A DNA stretch of 64,000 bases from an uncultured Planctomycetia bacterium (GCA_964469495.1 CAYXYY010000011.1:30845-94844); one strand, 5' to 3'. Shown: positions 28,773-38,070, numbered from the stretch's first letter. Made by a program: numbers and translations. Notes: a model not told the origin generated them from the sequence alone.

Positions 28773-30374
28773 ATGATTAAGATTGCCCTTGCTCAGATCA
28801 ATGCCGTTGTCGGCGATATCAAGGGCAATACGGGAAAAATCGTAGAGTATTGCCTTAAGGCCTCGTCAAAAGGCGCGGATATAGCGGTGTTTCCGGAGAT
28901 GTCCTTAACAGGATATCCTCCGGAGGACCTGCTTTTTAGGGATGATTTTATCGCCTCTAGTAAAAATGCCCTGCGCTTGATAGCAAAGGCCGTTAATGTC
29001 CCATATGTGGTAGTAGGACTTCCTGTAAAAAGGTCTGTGTATTTGTATAATGCAGCGGCCCTTATTAGCAGAGATGGGATATCTTTCCATTTTAAGAATG
29101 CCCTGCCTAATTATGGAGTCTTTGACGAGAAGCGCTATTTTAGCGCAGGCAACGAATTTCTGTCCTTTCATATCAAAGGCAAGTGTCTTGTTTTGAGCAT
29201 ATGTGAAGATATATGGGATAAAGAGGCGATATCTGCGATTAAAGATATTCGGCCGGATATATTGATGAATTTGTCTGCCTCGCCTTTTTTTGCAGGCAGG
29301 ATTAGGCAAAGGGTGAGCCACATCAGGTCTGTTGCAAAAAAAGTAGGCGCTGATGTTGTGTATGTTAATTTAGTTGGCGGGCAGGATGAGCTTATCTTTG
29401 ACGGCGGTTCAATGGTGGTCAGTGGCAAAGGGCTTTTGCATATAAGCCCGCAGTTTAAGGAATCCATTTCTTTTGTTTCTCTGCCGGGCAGGAAAAGGCC
29501 AAAACCTGTTGATTTTATGCCATTGGCAGAAGAGGTTTATGAGGCCTTAAAGTTGTCTTTGAGGGACTATGTAATCAAAAACGGATTTTCGTCTGTTGTT
29601 TTGGGCCTAAGCGGCGGGATAGACTCGGCCTTAACCGCAGCCATTGCCGCAGATAGCCTTGGAAGAAAGAATGTTATGGCATTGATTATGCCTTCAAGGT
29701 TTAGCTCTGATGAGACGCAGTTAGATGCAGAGTCTTTGGCAAAAAGATTGGGGATTAGGTATTATCGGATACCTATTTCACGAATATATGATACGTTTAT
29801 ACAGAGTCTTGCGCCTATTTTTAGGGATATGCCTTTTAATGTTGCTGAAGAAAATATCCAAGCAAGGATTCGCGGAACGCTTTTAATGGCGGTTTCCAAT
29901 AAGTTCGCTAGTTTGCTGATTACAACAGGCAATAAGAGTGAGATGAGTGTTGGTTATTGTACGTTATATGGTGATATGGCAGGCGGGTTTGCCCTGCTTA
30001 AAGACGTGCCAAAGACATTGGTTTATAGGCTTTCAAGGTTTTATAATAGGAAATTCCCGAGCAGGGCCATACCTGAATCTATTTTGAAACGCGCGCCTTC
30101 TGCGGAGTTAAGAGAGGGGCAGAAGGATGAGGATTCTCTCGTGCCTTATAGTGAACTTGATGCCTTGATTGAGGCCTATGTAGAGAGGCATAATCCAAAG
30201 AAAGACGTTGTTTCCCTGTTTTCAAGCCAGTCTATGGCAGAAAAGATGATAAGGCTCATTGACAGAAATGAGTATAAACGAAGACAATCACCGCCCGGCC
30301 CAAAGATCACGCCAATGGCCTTTGGCAAGGACTGGCGTATGCCTATAACCAAACAGGTAAGGCTGATTCATTGA
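28773..30374 (+). CDS. nadE: Glutamine-dependent NAD+ synthetase (N-terminal nitrilase/CN-hydrolase domain plus NAD synthetase domain)
   Basis: The CN-hydrolase domain (..VFPEMSLTGYP.. catalytic region) is followed by the PP-loop SGGIDSAL and the NAD synthase C-terminal region. It is about 533 aa. Confidence 0.9.
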   Translation: MIKIALAQINAVVGDIKGNTGKIVEYCLKASSKGADIAVFPEMSLTGYPPEDLLFRDDFIASSKNALRLIAKAVNVPYVVVGLPVKRSVYLYNAAALISRDGISFHFKNALPNYGVFDEKRYFSAGNEFLSFHIKGKCLVLSICEDIWDKEAISAIKDIRPDILMNLSASPFFAGRIRQRVSHIRSVAKKVGADVVYVNLVGGQDELIFDGGSMVVSGKGLLHISPQFKESISFVSLPGRKRPKPVDFMPLAEEVYEALKLSLRDYVIKNGFSSVVLGLSGGIDSALTAAIAADSLGRKNVMALIMPSRFSSDETQLDAESLAKRLGIRYYRIPISRIYDTFIQSLAPIFRDMPFNVAEENIQARIRGTLLMAVSNKFASLLITTGNKSEMSVGYCTLYGDMAGGFALLKDVPKTLVYRLSRFYNRKFPSRAIPESILKRAPSAELREGQKDEDSLVPYSELDALIEAYVERHNPKKDVVSLFSSQSMAEKMIRLIDRNEYKRRQSPPGPKITPMAFGKDWRMPITKQVRLIH

Positions 30375-30409
30375 TGGATAATTTTTGTAAGAGATCTTGT
30401 AGCCTGTTT

Positions 30410-31012
30410 TTAGATGTAGTTGGATAGATCAGACAGCGCAAAGTGTGGTTCGTCTATATATTGTGGCGAAATGCCAAGTTTTTTAGCCAATGTGAGTGAA
30501 TTATGCGGCGCTATTATCAGGTCTTTTTGGGATATCAGGAATTTTATTTTTGCGTTTTTTAACAAGTGGAATCCATTGAACGGTTGAGACAGGGTTTCAA
30601 GTTCGTTGATTAGAGTATGTTTGTCTTGTTTTAGGTATTGTTTTAAGCATGTCCTGGAAAATCTTTCAAACGCAGTTGGTTTGCCGTAAAAACATAGTTT
30701 ATAAAACCTGCGCATGGTTTTTTCTTTGTCCTGATGCAGTGATGCGATAAAATTGGCAACGTTGGTTCTGGGCATTTCAATGCAGGAGTTGAGTATAATT
30801 ATCTGTTTGAAAGGTATGTTTTTTTGTTTTTCCATAGATCTCTCAAATCGTTTTATGCCTAATGACCATATAAGGCAGGTGTTGTATTTGCCAAAATTAT
30901 GGACATTTTTATAGTCTATAAACTCTATAGCGTTATTGTCCACAGCATTGTTCACAGCGCATAAATCAAATGCCCAGCCATAGAAAAATATAATTCGTTT
31001 TTTATTTTTCAT
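30410..31012 (-). CDS. bioG: Putative pimeloyl-ACP methyl ester esterase BioG (DUF452-like)
   Basis: It is about 200 aa, with IIFFYGWAFD near the N-terminus and an IWSLG (GxSxG-like) nucleophile motif. It lies immediately downstream of and overlapping bioF. Confidence 0.5.
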   Translation of the reverse strand: MKNKKRIIFFYGWAFDLCAVNNAVDNNAIEFIDYKNVHNFGKYNTCLIWSLGIKRFERSMEKQKNIPFKQIIILNSCIEMPRTNVANFIASLHQDKEKTMRRFYKLCFYGKPTAFERFSRTCLKQYLKQDKHTLINELETLSQPFNGFHLLKNAKIKFLISQKDLIIAPHNSLTLAKKLGISPQYIDEPHFALSDLSNYI

Positions 31013-32111
31013 TGTTTTTTAATCGGGTGATGATATCAGCTAATTTTTGTATATCAGCTCGGCTATGCATAGCGCTTAGCGACAGCCTTATGATTGACTT
31101 GTTGGGCTCCACGGTTGGCGGCCGTATAGCAGGCGCGAATATGCCGTTTTTTCGCAAATACTTGGATGCCGATAATGCGTTTTGTGGTTGCCCGAATATC
31201 ACAGGCAAAATCTGGGAGCTGTGGCCTTTTGGGAGAAAAGGGCATAGCAGATTTATTGCAAAAGAGACATTTTTTTTGAGACGCTCTTTTTTTGTCCCCT
31301 TTATTAGAATAGGAATTTTTTTGTTTATTTCTGAGAATAACATCTCTGGCATAGCTGTTGAAAATACGAATGAACGCGCATAATTGATGAGGTATTGTAT
31401 TAGGGATTTACTGCCGCATACGTATGCTCCCCATAGTCCAAAGGCCTTTCCGAATGTGCCGACGAGGATATCTATGCCATATGTGTCAATATCCCAAACG
31501 CCTACAGAATGGGCTTCATCAATATATAACCAGCAGTTGTATTGTTTGGCAATGGTTTTTATCTCTTCTATCGGGGAGAAGTCCCCGTTCATACTAAAAA
31601 GAGATTCCGTTATGATAAGGGCGTTTCTATAATTTTTGCGATGTTTTTTAATAAGGCTTGCGAGGTGTTCTGTGGAGTTATGCCTAAAGCGGAATATCCT
31701 TGCGCCTGAAAACAATGCCCCGTCGATTATGCTTGCATGTGAAAGTTTGTCGATGAATAACGCGTCTTTTTTATCGGCAATTGCCGATATTACAGATATG
31801 TTAGCGGCATATCCGGATGAGAAAAACAGGCAGGATTCCTTTTTTCTGTAATCGGCCAATGCCTGTTCGGTTGCTTGATACATCTGCCTATTGCCGCTTA
31901 ACAGGCGCGATGCGCCGGATGCCCTTGTTTTGCAGTTGATAGGCATTTGAGCCAGACCAAGGTAATCGTTCGATGCGAAGTCAATAAGCCATTTGTTATT
32001 GGCCTTGATTTTTTGTCTGTGTTTTTCCTGAATAGGAGGGAGCTCGCGCAACAAACCAGCAGAATCGCGATGTTTTAGTTTGTCTTGTAAGAACTCGTTA
32101 AACGTATCCAT
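31002..32111 (-). CDS. bioF: 8-amino-7-oxononanoate synthase (class II aminotransferase family)
   Basis: It is about 369 aa, with ...WLIDFASNDYLGL..., a PLP-lysine region (...MNGD..), and adjacency to a BioG-like gene. Confidence 0.8.
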   Translation of the reverse strand: MDTFNEFLQDKLKHRDSAGLLRELPPIQEKHRQKIKANNKWLIDFASNDYLGLAQMPINCKTRASGASRLLSGNRQMYQATEQALADYRKKESCLFFSSGYAANISVISAIADKKDALFIDKLSHASIIDGALFSGARIFRFRHNSTEHLASLIKKHRKNYRNALIITESLFSMNGDFSPIEEIKTIAKQYNCWLYIDEAHSVGVWDIDTYGIDILVGTFGKAFGLWGAYVCGSKSLIQYLINYARSFVFSTAMPEMLFSEINKKIPILIKGTKKERLKKNVSFAINLLCPFLPKGHSSQILPVIFGQPQNALSASKYLRKNGIFAPAIRPPTVEPNKSIIRLSLSAMHSRADIQKLADIITRLKNNEK

Positions 32112-32114
32112 AAA

Positions 32115-32939
32115 TTATGTCTCTGCGCGCGACTTTACTCTGACGGTATATGTCTTGCCGTCTATTGTAAACGTTGCGGAAATGAAATCGTTTGTGTTAG
32201 CAAATGTCAGGTTTGAGACGCCGCTGGATATTACATAGGTAGTTGTCCCGATCTTTCGAACCAGTTTGTCTGCGCTTAAAAATATTTCAACCGGGCCTAT
32301 CCATTCTATTTCGCCGTCGCTGGCTATGGATTTTCTATAAAAGGATAAGTGGCTATTGCCTTCTGACAATGTAATCGTATGCGATGTGTCAGTCCCTGCC
32401 TGCCTGAATTCTTTGGATAACGTGTTAAAAATAAGCTGTCTCTGATTAGTCGTGTCCATAACAGTGCCTAACTTATTCATAATAATTTGGCCACGCAGGA
32501 AGATTACACTGACTGCCAGAAGTATTGTAATCATCATGCCCAATCCTATGAGCAGTTCTACGAGTGTCATGCCGTTTGTCTTTTGTTTTTTGTATTGCGG
32601 CAGGAGTATCATCGTAATTGTTCCCAAGAAAAGAATGGCAAAGATGACCTGCAACCAGTAAGGTATGATCATCAATTGGTGTTGTTTTTGCTTTTTGTCA
32701 GATTTGAGGTTATTTTGCGTTTGTTTTTCTGCCCTATTTTCTTTTTGTATTTTTTCTGCCCTTTCGACAAGCTCTATTTGCCTTTGTTTCATTATCTCGC
32801 GTGATTGCCTTTTTATCTCCTGCATAATCTTTTGGGCGTCTTTGATATCAGTATTTTCAGGGACAAAGGCGTTTAATTTGGCCCCGAAAAGCAGGAATGA
32901 TACGGCCAGTATGGATATAATCTTTACAGTTCTTTCCAT
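32115..32939 (-). CDS. GspJ-like pseudopilin carrying an unusual 109-aa N-terminal extension (signal peptide plus Lys/Gln-rich coiled coil). An alternative start at 32612 would give a canonical 14-aa prepilin leader.
   Basis: An internal class-III signal ...QYKKQKTNG|MTLVELLIGLGMMITILLAV has Glu5. There is no in-frame stop between the upstream extension and the pilin module. Confidence 0.5.
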   Translation of the reverse strand: MERTVKIISILAVSFLLFGAKLNAFVPENTDIKDAQKIMQEIKRQSREIMKQRQIELVERAEKIQKENRAEKQTQNNLKSDKKQKQHQLMIIPYWLQVIFAILFLGTITMILLPQYKKQKTNGMTLVELLIGLGMMITILLAVSVIFLRGQIIMNKLGTVMDTTNQRQLIFNTLSKEFRQAGTDTSHTITLSEGNSHLSFYRKSIASDGEIEWIGPVEIFLSADKLVRKIGTTTYVISSGVSNLTFANTNDFISATFTIDGKTYTVRVKSRAET

Positions 32940-34627
32940 GCAACCACCTCTGGTTCAGAAAGGTCCTTTGGCAGGTAAAAGGTATCACTGAATTGCTTTA
33001 TTCTTGGGTCGTAATTCATTGTAATGCTTCCACTGAATATGATTGCCTCGTCTCTAGAAACGATCCCTCCGTTAATCGTAAGGCTGCCGGTTCTTCCTGT
33101 AAAGGCGTGATTGGTGTACATAAATGCATCTATTCTCGTAATCTGATAATAGGGTTCTGATAGAGAGGAGAATGAATAATTATCCAAAGAACTTTCATAA
33201 TACCTTCTATTTGTTCCATCGCTTTTTTTGCCTCCATCATAATTTGTATAATTGCCGTCAAAATAGGGCAGGCCATTTTTGTAGTATTTGACATAACCGT
33301 TTGTGCTATCAGTATCATCAACAGGGTATTCCCCTGTGAAAGAAGGCTTTATATAATTCTTGACGTAATTCCAAGATGAATCCGTATAATCTCCCACGAC
33401 AACATTGCCTTTGGCCGCAAGTCCTAAAAAGTCTTTTGATTGATTCTCCTGAAGTGTCTGTTCGGGATTAGTATCCGGTTTAGGCCATACAGGTGGATCA
33501 TCGTATGTTATATTGCCCAATATGTGGACGTTTCTTCCAGCATAGATAGTGCCTTGTCCTTTTACAACGCCTTTGATTAAAACATCTCCCGTGATAACAA
33601 CAGGCCCGTTTATCTCTATAGGATTAGACGGTGTGCCAACAAGAACTATGTCGCCTTCCAATACAGCATCCACTATAACACTGCCGCCTTGTTTGATCTG
33701 CCCGCCGGCGTTTGTTACGACTGTCTTGTAATAATCCAGATCACCCAGATAGGGCATAGGAACAACCTCTTGGGCATTATATTGAGAAGATGTTCCGTCA
33801 TATCCGAACTCAAATTCATAGGTATCCAATAAACCGTTTCCATTTGTATCTTCTCCTGTGTCTAATATGCCGTTGTGGTTTAGATCTTCGCTTGGCGCTG
33901 TTGGATTGCCCGGCCGCGCAATAGACGGGGCAGTTGCAAGATAAGTTGACCAGGAGTCATATCTATTGGTACCAAGGACGTTTCCTCCTGATCCAAGAGA
34001 GGGGTTGTATGCGGCATACGCATTTCCATTTACTTTAGGGTTGTATCGAAAAGAGAAATCCCCATTGGAACGCACGTCCCCGTTTGCCGTAATAGAACTG
34101 CCCCAAAACCATCCGAAATTATTAATGAAATAGGTATAGTCAAATACCTTCGAGGCCTTTAGCCCGTATCTTATAACAGCTTGTATTGTCTTTGTCGTAG
34201 AACCGCTAGTGCCTTGAGCCTGTAATATAACATCACGTCCGTCCCCATTATCTATTCTCTGCACGTCGATTATAGATACAGTATAACTTCCAGTTGCAAG
34301 TGTGCCTGTCACAGGGAAAGAATATGGAGGAGATTCTGATAGCAGGGAATCAAACCACGAAAAAGATGAGATGCTCCATGCCCCAGTGGGGCTATAAAAA
34401 TGAGCGGAAAACAAAATCTCCAATTCCTGTTTTACCTTTTCTATCCCTGATTGAGCAGCATATATTGCCTGCAGAGATTCCTGAGATCTTAAGGTGAGTT
34501 TCGATGTGTTGTATGCCCTGATAGAGCCTGCAACCACAAGCCCTGTCAACAACAATAATATGACATAGGAGCTTATCATTATGAATCCGTTATTGTCTTG
34601 TATGTGTTTTTTGGATACCCCAAACAT
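32924..34627 (-). CDS. Large (567 aa) PilX_N/GspK-like minor pilin with a Ca-binding-like D/N/G repeat
   Basis: The N-terminus ...DNNG|FIMISSYVILLLLTGLVVAG...SQESLQAIYAAQSGIE is the PilX_N pattern. An internal DLNHNGILDTGEDTNGNGLLDTYEF resembles TSP3/EF-hand-type calcium-binding repeats. Confidence 0.6.
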   Translation of the reverse strand: MFGVSKKHIQDNNGFIMISSYVILLLLTGLVVAGSIRAYNTSKLTLRSQESLQAIYAAQSGIEKVKQELEILFSAHFYSPTGAWSISSFSWFDSLLSESPPYSFPVTGTLATGSYTVSIIDVQRIDNGDGRDVILQAQGTSGSTTKTIQAVIRYGLKASKVFDYTYFINNFGWFWGSSITANGDVRSNGDFSFRYNPKVNGNAYAAYNPSLGSGGNVLGTNRYDSWSTYLATAPSIARPGNPTAPSEDLNHNGILDTGEDTNGNGLLDTYEFEFGYDGTSSQYNAQEVVPMPYLGDLDYYKTVVTNAGGQIKQGGSVIVDAVLEGDIVLVGTPSNPIEINGPVVITGDVLIKGVVKGQGTIYAGRNVHILGNITYDDPPVWPKPDTNPEQTLQENQSKDFLGLAAKGNVVVGDYTDSSWNYVKNYIKPSFTGEYPVDDTDSTNGYVKYYKNGLPYFDGNYTNYDGGKKSDGTNRRYYESSLDNYSFSSLSEPYYQITRIDAFMYTNHAFTGRTGSLTINGGIVSRDEAIIFSGSITMNYDPRIKQFSDTFYLPKDLSEPEVVAWKEL

Positions 34628-34631
34628 TGTT

Positions 34632-35027
34632 TTAACTGCCTGCCTTTAAGAATTCAACACTCATATTAACAGGTGCACTCTTGTAATTCCACGATATTGT
34701 TGCATTTATCTTTAAAGGGTCTGCATATGCCCCGTCAGGAAAGGTTACTGATAATGACTCGTTGGGCAATGGCATTGCGAGGTTGCTTTGTGCCCACACT
34801 TGCCAGTTTGTTGAGGTTATCTCATCTGTGTTAAGCGCTTGCATCTCTTCAAGGACTATCTGGAGCTGATATATAGCTGACGCCTTTTCATTATCAAGCC
34901 CGACTAAGATGGTATTTGATATAATAGAGCCTAAAATGCCAATTAAAGCTGTTCCCAAGAAAAAGGCGGCAATCAATACCTCTAACATGCTGAATCCATT
35001 TTGCCTTTTTCCCTTTATCTGCTTCAT
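34632..35027 (-). CDS. GspI-like small pseudopilin (class III prepilin signal)
   Basis: KRQNG|FSMLEVLIAAFFLG is a canonical prepilin cleavage/methylation motif with Glu5. The protein is 131 aa. Confidence 0.6.
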   Translation of the reverse strand: MKQIKGKRQNGFSMLEVLIAAFFLGTALIGILGSIISNTILVGLDNEKASAIYQLQIVLEEMQALNTDEITSTNWQVWAQSNLAMPLPNESLSVTFPDGAYADPLKINATISWNYKSAPVNMSVEFLKAGS

Positions 35028-35113
35028 TATCCGCTCCTTAAATTCATCCTATAACGCCTTCAAAGGGCGCAAAAAAAGCGCAGGGCAAAAAATGCCCTGC
35101 GCTCAGATTCAAA

Positions 35114-35557
35114 TTATATACTTGACCAAGTTGTGCCGCAACTAGAGCCAGTATAATCTGTGCTTTCTATTGTTCCGCCTTGAGTTACCCTATAACACTT
35201 GGTACCCAAATTGCTGTTTTGTGGTGTTGCCCGAACCGTATAAGTTGTAGTTGTAGGAGTCCCAACGATGCTGATATTATATCCCGATTTTAAAATGCTG
35301 GCAGTAGTTACATTATACCTGCTTGGAAGGTATCCATTAGCGTGTAGTGTGGAGAAAAAGTTCGTTGTTGGATACTGGTCATTTGCAATGAAGTATCCTT
35401 CAGCGGCCGTTCCGATTGTCCTGATCTCTGCGAGTGCTGCCTGCTGGTTTGCTGTCCTTCTGTTTCCAAGCAAGGAAGGCAGGGATATGCCAACCAAAAC
35501 AGCTATGATCGCAACGACGATCATCATTTCAATAAGTGTAAAACCTTTGTTTTTCAT
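35114..35557 (-). CDS. gspG: Major pseudopilin GspG-type (type II secretion / T4P-like pilin)
   Basis: MKNKG|FTLIEMMIVVAIIAVL and ...ALAEIRTIGTAAEGYFIANDQYPTT match the GspG hallmark (...LDNGRYPTTEQGL...). Confidence 0.8.
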   Translation of the reverse strand: MKNKGFTLIEMMIVVAIIAVLVGISLPSLLGNRRTANQQAALAEIRTIGTAAEGYFIANDQYPTTNFFSTLHANGYLPSRYNVTTASILKSGYNISIVGTPTTTTYTVRATPQNSNLGTKCYRVTQGGTIESTDYTGSSCGTTWSSI

Positions 35558-36082
35558 CTTAACCCCCTTTGTCGTCTGTCCTTAACTTGCCCCTTTTGGC
35601 TATAAGTTAGAATAAAACCATGCTTCCCAAGGGCCCTCCTTTTTAGTATCCTCTTCCTCACCTCCTTTCTTGCCAAGTGGCAATAAAAAAACCTGTCCGG
35701 CAGCCAAAACGCCAAACAGGTTTTCTATAATAGCCGGCAACTGGCTGCCCAGTTCTTGTCCCCCCTCAGGAACAAGCCTTGGGGCCCTATAGCTTTGCGC
35801 CCCCGCCTTTCGGCGGGTTTGCCCTTTTCGGTTAGAAAAGCCATAATTTCAAAGAGCACCTTTCTTCCTGCATACATAACTATATCTTATCCCCCTGTTT
35901 TGTCAACTTTTTATTTTTGCCCCCAAACCAAAATGCATAACCATTTGTCAAAAACCCATTTATAAAGTATAGCACATGTATGGATAAAGGCAAGTTTATT
36001 TGTCTGTTGATTTTAGCGGCCATGTATGATACTTTATCCCAAGTATTTATTTGCAAATCCGTTTAAATAGGAGGTTTTTACG

Positions 36083-37288
36083 ATGAAAAGGATAGGTGTT
36101 ATTACCAGTGGGGGGGATTGTGGCGGGCTTAATGCCGTTGTGAAGGGCGTTGCGCAGATGGCAAACCATTTAGGTATTCAGTGTTTTGTTATTCCAAATG
36201 GATATGCAGGGTTATATAACCTAGTTAAATTTGATAATCTGGTTGAACTTACTCCCGACAGAGTTGATTTTGTAGATGCAAATGTTGCAGGATCTGAAGT
36301 AGGACATTCCAGGGTAAAGATAAAGAAGATAAATGACCCGAATAAGTATGAGAGGATTAAACAAGGCCTAAAGAAGTTTGGGATAGACGGTTTGGTTATA
36401 AGCGGCGGAGATGATACGGGTTCTGTCTTGGTTGATTTGAACGAACATGGCATTAAGTGCGTGCATGCGCCTAAAACGATGGATATGGACCTTCAGACCT
36501 ATTCTGTTGGCGCGGATTCAACGATAAATAGGATAGCTGAGTTTGCAGAATCCCTTAAGACAACGGGTAAAACGCATAATAGAATTATTGTCCTTGAGGT
36601 ATTCGGCAGGTATGCTGGCCATACCGCCTTTCGCGGAGGGATTGGCGCGGATGCCGATGCCATTCTTATCCCGGAGATACCTGTTGATTTCAACATTTTA
36701 TACGAACATGCAAAACAGAGGTATATGCATAGGATAGAAAACAGCGATGTTAAGGCAGGCACATATCTTATTGTTGTGGCAGAGGGCATTAGGGATGCCA
36801 GCGGATCTGAGATCGTCGATGAGAGCGCAGGCGTAGACGCCTTTGGCCATAAAAAACTAGCAGGGGCGGGCAAGTATGTTAGTCAACAGCTGACAAAGCG
36901 TTTTAAGGCTGATCCTGAGATAAAGGATTTTATGAAGAAGCAGAAGATGTATGTGGAAGGGCTCTATGAAGTGCCTGAGGTAAGAGACGTTAGGCCGGGG
37001 CATTTGGTCAGGTGCGGGCATTCCTCTGCGTATGATGTGAATTTTGGGAAAGAGGCAGGCGCTGCTGCTGTTCTGCTTTTGTCAAATGGAATTGTCGGCA
37101 TAACAGTCGTTGGCATAAAGGGCAATGAGGTTCAATATATACCTGCAAAAGAGGCCATAAAACAGCGTCATGTTGATTTGGAGATCGTTGCTTACCATGA
37201 GGCAATGGGAGTGTGTTTTGGAAGGCCTGCGCCGAAGATATCTCCAAATTTGGTTGAATTAAAGGGCGGGGTAGAGAGGTATATGTAA
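36083..37288 (+). CDS. pfkA: 6-phosphofructokinase (PFK-A family)
   Basis: MKRIGVITSGGDCGGLNAVV and ...ISGGDDTGS are PFK signatures. It is about 401 aa, with a strong SD (AGGAGG) upstream. Confidence 0.9.
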   Translation: MKRIGVITSGGDCGGLNAVVKGVAQMANHLGIQCFVIPNGYAGLYNLVKFDNLVELTPDRVDFVDANVAGSEVGHSRVKIKKINDPNKYERIKQGLKKFGIDGLVISGGDDTGSVLVDLNEHGIKCVHAPKTMDMDLQTYSVGADSTINRIAEFAESLKTTGKTHNRIIVLEVFGRYAGHTAFRGGIGADADAILIPEIPVDFNILYEHAKQRYMHRIENSDVKAGTYLIVVAEGIRDASGSEIVDESAGVDAFGHKKLAGAGKYVSQQLTKRFKADPEIKDFMKKQKMYVEGLYEVPEVRDVRPGHLVRCGHSSAYDVNFGKEAGAAAVLLLSNGIVGITVVGIKGNEVQYIPAKEAIKQRHVDLEIVAYHEAMGVCFGRPAPKISPNLVELKGGVERYM

Positions 37289-37290
37289 AA

Positions 37291-38070
37291 TCAGTTTTCT
37301 ATTGCTTTTTGGGGAAATATATTAATCGTATGGAAGATCCGGACAAAGGCCTGTCCGGATCTTTTTTTAATTTTTCCTTCAGCGCATACGTCTTGGCCTT
37401 TTAAACTGCGTATATAAGATGCCTTTTCGAATGCAATGTTGGCAGGCACTTGAATATAATTATCAATATCCCATAGCAATACATATCCTATATCAGAAAA
37501 CGCAATGTTTTCTATTTTTCCGCAGATTATTTTTACTTTACCTGTGTATTTTAACATCTGTTTTGGGGTAATGATGTTATTTTTATCTGACCATATGCCT
37601 TTTTTGCTCTTTACTGCCTGACAATGCGCTTTAAAAAGCCTTTCTGCATATTTGCCATTGGGCTGCATAAAAAACAGGTATGCAAGGCCATTTCTTAAGA
37701 GTTCTTCGTTTAGCATCTTGTCGTTAATAAAACAGTATGCAAGAATCCTATTGTATTTATCCTGCTTCTGCAGGTCTTGTTCTATTCTTAGGATTCCTGT
37801 CCTGCAGAAATTTTGTGTAAAATTTTTCGCTTCCAGAGAGTATGGTTCATCGACTTCTGTCCATTCAACGCCGTTAAATCTCCTGGTTTCAGGCGTGTCA
37901 ATACCAATCAATCGGACTCTTTTGCTTGAATAAAGCTCAAGTGTATCGCCGTCGATAACCCTCTTTATTGCTAATCCATTTTTATATCTTGCCGTGTAAT
38001 GGACGAAGGTTAACAGGCATATAAATATCGAAAAATATAGGATGTATTGTTTAATCTGTTTCTTTTTCAT
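37291..38070 (-). CDS. Membrane-anchored thermonuclease (staphylococcal nuclease / SNase-like) with a C-terminal extension
   Basis: An N-terminal TM is followed by the SNc core VIDGDTLELYSSKRVRLIGIDTPE... The protein is about 259 aa. Confidence 0.8.
   Translation of the reverse strand: MKKKQIKQYILYFSIFICLLTFVHYTARYKNGLAIKRVIDGDTLELYSSKRVRLIGIDTPETRRFNGVEWTEVDEPYSLEAKNFTQNFCRTGILRIEQDLQKQDKYNRILAYCFINDKMLNEELLRNGLAYLFFMQPNGKYAERLFKAHCQAVKSKKGIWSDKNNIITPKQMLKYTGKVKIICGKIENIAFSDIGYVLLWDIDNYIQVPANIAFEKASYIRSLKGQDVCAEGKIKKRSGQAFVRIFHTINIFPQKAIEN
37336..37368 (+). terminator. Textbook rho-independent terminator for pfkA: GATCCGGACA-aaggcc-TGTCCGGATC followed by TTTTTTT. It lies inside the 3' end of the convergent nuclease ORF.
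   Basis: A perfect 10-bp stem and a 7-T run lie about 50 nt after the pfkA stop. Confidence 0.7.

Noticed and set aside
32452-32991. Plus-strand ORFs (32452-32661, 32487-32804 and 32665-32991) opposite the GspJ-like N-terminal extension
   Set aside because: They give Cys/Phe-rich low-complexity translations with no start-site signals. They mirror the Lys/Gln-rich coding strand and are regarded as spurious.
35756-35965. 69-aa ORF in the gspG-pfkA intergenic region
   Set aside because: It has no SD and a Pro/Ser-rich non-protein-like composition. It overlaps the predicted hairpins and is more likely UTR or ncRNA.
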